A stretch of 59,813 nt of DNA, counting the filler, from Jimgerdemannia flammicorona (lineage: Eukaryota): the NCBI GenBank assembly GCA_003990765.1. It is 3 parts of 3 records of this genome, joined end to end, with 100 filler letters (N's around TTAATTAATTAA, not from the genome) between each part and the next. Parts side by side here need not be neighbours in the genome. Positions count along the whole stretch, not along the records: positions 39,947 to 59,813 come from RBNJ01001821.1; 2 more parts are not named here. One strand, 5' to 3'. This document shows positions 47,701 through 56,967 of the stretch, one piece after another. The notes under the pieces were generated by a model. It saw only the letters and a program-made list of their open reading frames with translations, was not told the origin of the DNA and made no database searches. How positions within the stretch are numbered: the stretch's first letter is position 1; each line of letters begins with the position of its first letter. The translations under genes and the position numbers were made by a program.

Positions 47701-50169
47701 GAGTTTTCATTAGTACTAGAATTACTAAATTAGATCACAAGAAGGAGGAAACTATAAATAAGTATAGCTATACTATTAGGAATTAATTTCCACTCAAAGA
47801 GGAACTCAAGAAAATACTCTAAAAATTTGAGAATATCCTTAATATAGATTTCAAAGATATCAAAGGAAAGATACCACACTACTATCATAATATAGATATA
47901 GGGGATACTAAACCAATCTACTAAAAAGTAAGATCAATTCTGCTGGCCTACTGCAAATGACTCAGAGAAGAAATCAAGCAAATAGAAGAAGCTAGTATCA
48001 TTAAAAAAGCCAGCAGTTCTTGGGCATTTCCAGTTGTACTGCCCTAAAGATAGAAAGCAAGTTAGGAGAATTTTTTCCAAGATTCTATACTGATTACAGA
48101 AAGTTCAACCAAGTTACCAAGAAGGACTAATAACCACTACCTCTCATCAGTAATATTCTTGTAACTCTAGAAGATAAAGTATAGTATTAAAGTACCTTAG
48201 ATTTATATTCAGAACTCTATCAAATTGGTCTTACAGAAGCAGTGAGTGAGAAGTCAGTCTTTATCACTCTAGATAGAACCTACATCTATCTGTGAATACT
48301 ATTCAGAATATGTAATGCACCAGCAAGCTTTTAGTAAATGATGAATAAAATCTTCTACTATAATATAAGAAGATAGATAATAACTTATATGAATGATATT
48401 ATCATTTATAGCAAGACATCAGAGGAATATCCAGTATATCCAGCAGATGATAAAGAAGCTAAGAAAGCATAGTCTATATATCAAGTCCAAGAAATGAAAA
48501 TTTGCAAAAATTGAGATCTCCTATCTTAATTATATCATTAACTAAGATAGAATATATACAGATCTCTTCAAGATATAAATAGTAGTAGCATACCTAAGAT
48601 CTATTATTGTTATTAAAGCATAAGCCATCATGGAACTTACCTTATACTATCACAGATTTATTAGAGAATTCTTCAATATTACAGGCCCAATCTATGAACT
48701 CAACAAGAAGGATATTAAGTTCCAATAGACAGAAAGGCAACAAAAAGTATTTGATGAGCTCAAGATCAGATTGACCCAAGTATCTATTCTCAGAAGACCT
48801 GATTGGACTCAAAAATTCATCCTGTAGACAGATGTATATAAGAACTAGGAGTAGTTCTGACTTAGAAGAAAGATAAAGTAAAATATATCATTATATATCT
48901 TAGCTGAGGAATCCAAGGTACTGAAAAAGAATATGAATTCTATAAGTTGGAATATCTTGCAGTTATCTGAGCTATAGAAAAGTTCTACTACTATCTCACC
49001 AGAAGATACTTCACTATCTAGATAGACTATTAGCTCTCACTTAGCTACTGACCACTAGGTAATCCAAAGAAATCTATGCCAGATAGATTATGAAGTTGTA
49101 AGCCTATAATGTAATCATCATACATTACTCCAGAAGAACTAATACCAATGCAGATATCCTCTCATAGATACTTAAAAGGACTTATAACCAATAAACCAAC
49201 TATGAATAAAGAGCTCTACTATAGAATTATCACTTATCTAGAATAGTGAAAGATACTCTAATATCTGAAAGAATGGACACAAATAATTATCAATAGGATA
49301 TAAAATAATTTGAAACTGATGGAGAAATATTAAAGAAGAGAAAGCTAGTACTCTTTGTATATATTACAATAGATATAATTGACTCTCTACTCTTAACTTT
49401 GACTGATAACTAATATATCATTATTATTGTAGATCTTTTTATAAAATGGAGAGAGGCAGGACTCCTCAAAGAAGTCAATATATAGTCAATTGCTGATTTC
49501 TTCTATAAAGAAATTATCTGCTAATTCAAGACTTCAATATAAGTAACTATAGACAGAGGAACAGAATTCATAAACTAGTTCTCTACAAAAAGTACAAGAT
49601 CCAGTATATTTGGATTATAGCCTATCACTTTCAGAGAAATTGATAAGCAAAAAGAATCAATAAAACGCTCAAGAACATTATTACTAAGATCTGCAATAAC
49701 TACAAAAACTGAGATTACTATCTGCCAATAGTATTATCTGCTCTTCAGAATATCTGATTATAAAGTACTCATTTTATCTCTTAAGAAATGCTATTTAGAA
49801 AAGAAAGTTCTTAAGGAACTTTATCATTCAATAGAGATACTATATGGAAATGTATGAATACTGAGATACAGAGACTATACCAAATCGGAAAAAAGGTCAA
49901 GAATTATATAACCAAAGTACAGACTCTATAATAGAATAATATAGAAAAGATTCATAAGCTCTTAGAGATTATTAAGATAAGAGACAAAGCTCTAGTATAT
50001 TAGAATATAATAGAAGCTTTATAGTTATGGAAACTGAAGCCTAAGTGAGAAGGATCTTACCTTGTGCAAGATATAAAAGAGACTACCTTTTGGCTACAAA
50101 AACTGTCAGATATAATTATCTCTACCACTATATACTGAAACTGACTCAAGAAATATTATAACTAATCAA

Positions 50170-50665
50170 TGAAGTAATACTGTAGACCTCAAGATCACTA
50201 GTGCTATGCAGTAAGCTATAAAAAGATAGTAGTATTTCACCAAGCTACCAAACATAGAGAAATCCTTTGACAATATTCAAAGTATAGTATAGATATACTT
50301 ATTATGAAATTTATATTTCAAGATCTATCAGAACTAGACTGAGTTTCAGGAATACTTCAAGTTAGGACAGCTACTAAACTTAAAATCAAAAATAAAAAAA
50401 GAAGATTAGATCAGAGAGTATCAGCTCTCCTATACTCAGATTACTATTACTAAGAGAGTGTACAAGTTATTCAGAAAAGACAAACTAGCCCTAGCTCATT
50501 TTTAAGAAGTAGCTCTAGGAGACTTTGAATATATCAGAAGATAATATTAAAAGAATGTAATGATGCAAATTATATAGAACAAAGAGATTCAACTAATTAA
50601 GGCTTGGAAGTTTGAACAAGATATTTCAGAGATGAATTACTTATTTAGGAGGAAGTTGTAATAAT
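50170..50665 (+). pseudogene. Accessory ORF between integrase and 3' LTR (env position), homologous to ORF A at 44191-44600
   Basis: From 50341: EFQEYFKLGQLLNLKSKIKKED*IREYQLSYTQITITKRVYKLFRKDKLALAHF*EVALG. Confidence 0.6.
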
Positions 50666-50880
50666 TGATCTAAATTAGAAATATAAAATAGAGGAATAGA
50701 TATTTGATCATAGTATCTAAATCTAATTTTCAAATATAGCATAATCTTATAAAATAGTAGTTATTTTGCAAACATAGGAACTTTAGCAATTACTAAAGAT
50801 TCTATATATATTGAAATATTTACAATTATAGTAGATATTAAAAGATTCAATACTTGTGAAGAGTGACTTATAGGAAATAT

Positions 50881-51126
50881 AGTTATAACTTAGCCACTAT
50901 ATAGCTAGCAAACTTATATAAATATCTCTAGTATCTAGAGTAAATAAACCTCAGATTAAAATAGTTTAAAGTAAAGAAAAAGTAAGAGAACTAGTAAGCC
51001 TATAGGCAGATATACTTTAAACTCACCCACCCTGCATCCTGAGGACTTTACAGAGTCAAAGAAGATTAAGTTTTTAAGATACAGAAATCTGATATACTTA
51101 TATAGTTACATATCTACTATATTATA
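50881..51126 (+). repeat. 3' LTR (~245 bp)
   Basis: Direct repeat of 44864-45109. Confidence 0.88.
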
Positions 51127-51829
51127 CTATATATAGTTATACTATATTTGGTATCTATAACTACTAGTTGAAAATTCCAATAGCTTATAGATATATATAT
51201 AATGATTTATTATATCCTTCTCTTCTTTATCTGAACCTATTTATTAGATTTAGTACTAAACTCTAAATATTTATCAAACTAAAGAACAATATACTCAATT
51301 ACTTAAAAAATAATATCACTCTATTATTCATTACTCAAATTGATAATGTTCTTAGAGGATACTCTATAGAGATAGTTGAGAACTTGGGATTGAGTGTAGA
51401 AAAAAATATAAAGTCTTTTGATAATAATATAGGTATAGTTATTAATGAAAAGATAGACTCATTGTTTGATTCTACTGAGAGTAGCTTATTGATAGATAAG
51501 GTATCTGATCTCATAAGATTTCTTTAATTCTTATTGATAATAAAAGGTCTGAAAATATTAGATTCTTCTAAGATATTATTGGACTTTATTTAGGTCTGAA
51601 TCTCTAGAGATTTATATATTGATAGAGAGTAGTTTAGTAAAATTCTATTAGTATTTAATAATTATAAGAAGAGTAGTAGTGATCTTATTTTGGCTTGTTC
51701 ATAGTATCTTTACTGAGTATACATATTATAGTAGGTTATCTATATAGATTGTTGAAGTTATTTATACTTCTCTTCATTAGGAGTATTTAAAAATATAACT
51801 GTCTTTCAGAAATTCTATCAGAATTTTCA

Positions 51830-53030
51830 TTATACCAGATATCTGTATTAAGTTACTACTTTCTCTATATTTGACAAAAGATCATCTTCTTTTTCTCAGA
51901 GTATATTATACTTAGAATATTCTTTTTATTTTATAAGATAGTACTGGATGAGCTTAGCAGCTCATCTGAATTAGTAATTCTTATAATCTAGAATTAGTAC
52001 TCCTAAACAAATCAAATCAAATTAGAGTTTTTTCAATTTAAATCAAGTTTGAATAGAATTGAATTTGAATCAAATTAAGGGTTCAAATTAAATCTCAAAT
52101 TAAATTGAATCTTTGATTTATTGAGAGTACTATCTAGAATATAATTAACTTTGTATTCTAGTTCTTAGTTGATGATAATCAGATCTAGAGATAATACTAT
52201 TCTTTCTTCAAAGATATTTTCAATATATAGCTAGAGTTGAGATATATATATAGAATACTGAGTGGATTTTTTCTAAAGTTGCTAGAAGGTCTAACTTATA
52301 TATAACAAAACTATACTTCTTTAAGATCTTGAATGGTCTAATATAGTAGAGTCTGAATTTCTTCTTTAGTTTTAGATTACTAAGAGTCAGATATTATATA
52401 TTAAGTAATACCTATTTATCTTTTTTATATATGACTTCTCTTCTATTTTATAAGTATATACTACTTGTATTATACTTCTATAAGAATATTACATATTTGC
52501 TGAATAGTATCTTATATAGTATTGACAACTTCTTATACTACTGATATTATTGCTTATATGATAGTTATAGAGATTTAGAGATATTGTTTATAGTTCAAAT
52601 AGAATAGAGTCATTTTTTCATCTCAATTATTCTACTTGTAGTTATAGTAGATATTAAGTATCTACTTTAGAGTTTGATTGGTTTATTCTATTTAGCTATC
52701 TATCTATAAGTAATAGATAGTAGATATTTTGAGTTAAAAGAGTACTTGCTAGAAGTTACTTGTGAATTTCATATCTCTATCAGAGATGATTGCTGATGGT
52801 AATCTATAGAGATAGAATATATTATTAATAAACAATTATACTATTTCTGGAGTCTTTGTAGTAGTTATTATTACAAAAAAAATGAACTTATTTACTGAGG
52901 CAATTGATAAAGACAACAATCACATCCCTTTCTTTTCTCATTTTTGACAGTTAGACAATAAAGTACATTCTGATATAGTTCTAATTTTGGATAAGAATTG
53001 GTAGTAGCTGAAGTATTCCTAGATAGTAAA
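51830..53030 (-). mobile_element. Extremely AT-shifted chromovirus integrase and chromodomain relic
   Basis: VFINCLSK*VHF, LPSAIISDRDMKFTSNF, KISTIYYL*IDS*IE*TNQTL (decayed STAYHPQTDGQTERTNQTL); chromodomain EYKVNYILD...YLIK*KEY...*EKEDDL. Confidence 0.82.
51995..52132 (-). mobile_element. 138-bp MITE derived from the hAT family at 27867-33448
   Basis: Ends tagtactcctaaacaaatc ... tattgagagtacta match the two hAT termini. Perfect 8-bp TSD TCTAGAAT at 51987-51994 and 52133-52140. Confidence 0.92.
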
Positions 53031-53034
53031 GAGA

Positions 53035-54030
53035 TTATTAAAGTTGGTTAAGGAATAGATTTAGACTGGAAAATTATATCAGATCAGTTGGGATATTTTG
53101 GTAATATCAGTAAACTGAGGAGGTCTTGGTCTGATAGACTTCTCTAAGAAGTTTTATTACCTGAGAGCTTGGTAATTAAAGTAGACTATAGAGTTATGAG
53201 ATAATAGATGAGTGCTACTGATGTAGAAGATCTGAGAGATGAGGTTTTCCTTTAAAGACTTCTTAGATAATCTGCTATCATTGGTCAGACTGGGTGGTAG
53301 TCAGTATCTATAATATAAGGCTTCTGATGAGAGATGGCAGATAGTATATATTGTATTGAGCTATGCTAGCATAGTGCTGAGAGAGAGATATATTGGAGTC
53401 TAATAATGTAGTAATAAGATAGATTATTATTAGATGATTCCCTATTAGTAGACTTTGACATTGGTACTGATGTGAACTGCTAAAGTGAAATAGGACAGAA
53501 CTTGTCTAGCAGATGGCTGGAATTGATAAGAAGTATATAGGACTAGGTGTCTGACTAATCCTAGAGTGCTAAGGTATAGTAGTGACTTTCTCTAAAGTTC
53601 TGAATAGTGTAGTGGTATTTATTATAGAGGAATATCATATTGAACTTTCAGTCAGATCACTTAGTTGATGGTGAATACTTTGATTATAAAGAGTATTATA
53701 GTGTAGAGCAGGAGAGGGGCTTTATCCAGATATCTGAATATTGGCTAGATGAGTGTGAGGTTCTTGAAGACTTTGGGATAGCTATTGGGAATTACCTGGA
53801 AGTAGTGAGGAGAGAGGATGATGTGAGTGATCAGTGGGATGATTTGAGAGAATAATTGATGGGTTATATTGGTAATGAGTAACTCATAGTTGGATAGGTC
53901 TTAGTAGTATAGATGAGATTGGCTAGCTACTGGCTATATATATTTAAAGAGAAAAGACAGATGAGTTTGAAGGAGTATTTGATTGGGACAGACTATTCTT
54001 TAGTGAGAGCTAATATGATAAGTAAATAAT
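53035..54030 (+). mobile_element. Old LINE 3'-region fragment
   Basis: QISWDIL...GGLGLIDFSK; colinear with 18660-19600. Confidence 0.78.
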
Positions 54031-54044
54031 ATAGTATAGTTAGA

Positions 54045-54500
54045 TGATATACAAAGAATACTTAGCATAGTTACTCTATATAGTTACTATATATATTACT
54101 AATTTGTATAAATAACTAGATATACCAAATTAGAATAAACTGTCTTCTGAGAGAATACTTATCTTCTAAGAGAATACTCATCTTTTGAGAAAATACCTAT
54201 CTCTTGAAGGAATACCTACTCCTTCAAGAGAACAAGTAGTCATACTTTTTCTAAATTAGCCTTTCTGTATATTCTATAATTACTCAGATATGTAGCAACC
54301 AGAGAGCAACCATACTTACATAAAATACCCCAGAGATTTGAGTGAATAAACCTCAGTCTGAAATACAAGTTGAAAGCAAAAGACAAGTTTATCTAATATA
54401 CTTTGAGGAATATGCTGTCAAAAGCTACTTGATCTAAGAAAAGGATTACAATGCTTAAGAGAGATACTCACTCTAGAGTCACTATTAAGGAGATTGTAAG
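54045..54500 (+). mobile_element. LTR-like segment with ~19-bp tandem repeats (54143-54232)
   Basis: cataaaataccccc (~54320) followed by GAGTGAATAAACCTCAG (54340), as in the other LTRs, and aaggattaca as at ~43330. Boundaries are approximate. Confidence 0.55.
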
Positions 54501-55023
54501 CTACTTTCTGATTTCACTCTGGTCCTCTTGCTGAAAGTAAGACAATTCCATTTTGAGTCATTTTACATTTGGTCTGCTTACCAGATGAAGCCTGAAGATT
54601 GTCACCAAGTTCTAAGGATAGAACTCTGCCTATTTTGTGATAATTCTGAGATCCAACTAAGACAAATTATTGAACATTTTGTTACTTTTTGACAAAGTAA
54701 CTGGGGGCTCAAGCCAACTTGCAAAGCTGCCCCACCTTGTAATTTGCCTCTATTGAGCCGGCACGTTAATATAAATTATGTATGTCTAAGACAAATAAAG
54801 CATGTCATTTCCTTCTGAACGGCAGAAACCAACTCTTCACGATCCGGAACAAAGCGACACTTAGTTTACATTATACGCATACATGTTATAAAATGCACAA
54901 ATAATTTAGCGCAACGGACACATAATAAAGCACCCTACTTTCTTCCGTGCATCACTCCTACGTTCCTTTCAACAAGCGTAAACAACTCGAAATTCGCCGT
55001 CCGTTCCTCCAACCTCCGGGCAT

Positions 55024-55795
55024 TTACAATTGCCTTCTGGTGGACGTGTTCTCCAACCTGAACCCCTGCTCGTCCTGGTTCCGCATTATCGCGGTGCCCT
55101 CGGCCCGCGACCGCTTTGCTCGCCATGATTGGAATACCAGGTATGCGCGGATGCTGATTAGGATCAGCCCAAAGAAGGCGCCAACCCCGATTCCGACGTA
55201 CTGGCCGGTCGTCAGTCCTGAGCGCTGGCCGTCGGTCGTGAACGTGGTGCTGCTCGTTGTCGACAAGGCGGCGCTCGAGATAATTGTTGATGGGGGTGAA
55301 GCGTTGCTGGCAGAGAGTTGCTGCTTAGCGGCCGAGCAAATTTGATTTACGGTGGTGTTTTGGGTCTGACCCAGAGCTGGACGAGGAGATTGTGGGGGTT
55401 GGTGAGGAGTAGTTTGCGGTGATGTTTGTGGTGCGAAGCGAAAAATACCAGGGTCCAGAACGAGTGGCGATGACGTACCTACCATAGCTGGGTCGTCCAG
55501 ACAGTTGCTATAGCAGAGCTGGAAAGCTTTTTGAAAGGGACACAGGCAGGCATTATCGACGGTGCCGCAGCCTGATACCTTGAGGTTGGCCGTTGCGGTG
55601 CTGTTGCAAGCGTTGAAGCTGGAACGAAACAAGGCGAGATCAGAAGGGTCGGTTTCCATTTGAGAAGGTCACAAGCATGAGCGGAAGTCCGCCCGGCACG
55701 AGAACCTACACAGCTTGCTTTGCGCACACTGCGTCGACCGACGGCGCAAGCACGACTATAGCGATGAAGGTGAGCAGTGCTGGGGCGACCGACAT
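55024..55795 (-). CDS. Putative type I membrane/cell-surface protein: signal peptide, 8-Cys extracellular domain, Ser/Thr stalk, TM helix and short cytoplasmic tail
   Basis: Exons 55795-55710, 55618-55479 and 55376-55024 give MSVAPALLTFIAIVVLAPSVDA-VCAKQAVFNAC...CGTVDNACLC...LCYSNCLDDP...QICSAA, an S/T tract, YVGIGVGAFFGLILISIRAYLVF and WRAKRSR. CpG content is normal. Confidence 0.8.
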
Positions 55796-56541
55796 GATAA
55801 CACATATATGCTGTCAAACACGGCAAATTACGTCCCGACTACAGTCCTGTGCTACGCGATTTCAATGGTCACTAAAGAGACCGAAGCTCCGCGGTTACCT
55901 AGTCGGGACGTTGCAGAGGAATCGGCCGAACGAAGGTACAATGGGAAGGGCGTAGGGTTTGCGGAACGTGGTTTCTGTCCTGCGGCATATAAGATGCTCG
56001 CATTATAAATCCCTCCAGTGTATGCAAAAAGTTTTAGAGGCATCACATGATTATATGGAAACGTGATCCGCCAGCCTTCAACGCCGAACCATATGAAATT
56101 TTAATACAGGTGCGTATAAGGGATCTTGTATACCCGGCCGAAAACAGCTCCATCAAGGGAGATTGTGCCCCCGGAGTTGACCATGTGAATAATTGTCACT
56201 ACATGTTTTCCTTTTGACGGGACCACATGACGGAGCGCGCCACAAAATTTAGTTTTATAAAGACATCTCACCAACAAAATGTCGCAGCTGCCGCACGTCC
56301 CCACAAATCTACACGTGCCTATAGAGAATGCAAAACTGTAATAAGCGTAAGATATGCCGCCACCTCGCCATCGTCAAAACACTAGGACGGACCTCTCCTG
56401 GAGCAGCGTGTGCCGGGTGTAGCGTTGATAAATAGCAATGCCTCGGGCCTGCTCCCTGCACCCAGCATCACAGGACTTGCTCCAACACCGAAACTTATCA
56501 TATGCTCATCAAATGCCGATGCGACCAGTTGACCTCTACAA

Positions 56542-56967
56542 ATGAAGATGAAATCATGGAGGCAATCCACGACCCTAAGATTATTCTCTGTATCAGCGAC
56601 GCAGAGCTTCGGAACAGCGATTCCAAGCGTCGCAAAGTCCCGTGACCAATGGCACCTGATATGCGTTAAGGAGTACAGTGGGTTGTATAAGCTCCAACTT
56701 CTCAAAAGATATGGAGAGCCTCTCCTTTCCCAAATACAAGACGTCACATCTAAATGGTTTGCCGATGAGCAGGCGATAAATGCCATCCCTGCCTTCGACG
56801 AGGATGCCGAAATAGACGACACTAACTTCCGCCAATTTCAAGAATTTCCGGTAAACCTTGAGCGAAGGAACCACTTCGTATTTGTGGCCTTTTTTTTTTT
56901 TTTTTTTTTTTTTTTTATAGTCGTATTTGTGGCCTTGACGAACAAGGCACTTTCGAACTGTATTTGA
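56542..56967 (+). CDS. Hypothetical ORF, possibly an exon or pseudogene, carrying an in-frame poly(T) retro-insertion
   Basis: 141-codon ORF in CpG-normal DNA with no recognisable domain. Confidence 0.25.
   Translation: MKMKSWRQSTTLRLFSVSATQSFGTAIPSVAKSRDQWHLICVKEYSGLYKLQLLKRYGEPLLSQIQDVTSKWFADEQAINAIPAFDEDAEIDDTNFRQFQEFPVNLERRNHFVFVAFFFFFFFFFIVVFVALTNKALSNCI
56892..56920 (-). mobile_element. Minimal LINE-type insertion (CTAT + poly(A)) with 16-bp TSD
   Basis: TCGTATTTGTGGCCTT at 56876-56891 and 56921-56936 flanks T25-ATAG. The reverse complement ctat(a)n matches the LINE ends at 4614 and 19867. Confidence 0.8.

Larger units (their letters stand above)
44864..51126 (+). mobile_element. Two-LTR, heavily mutated Ty3/Gypsy: gag, protease, dUTPase, RT, RNase H, integrase and extra ORF
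   Basis: LTRs at 44864-45109 and 50881-51126. Decayed PBS-like tagtatc after the 5' LTR. Knuckle CYIYREKDYY; protease IIDTRA (~46620); RT SSSWAFPVVL, TYMNDIIIYS (~48390); RNase H GRT-like NTNADILS; integrase TIDRGTEF (~49550). Confidence 0.9.

Noticed and set aside
44859..51131. TSD for the two-LTR Gypsy element
   Set aside because: Best match is caat/ctat, the LTR 5' TG is decayed, and the flanks belong to different relics, so no TSD is claimed.
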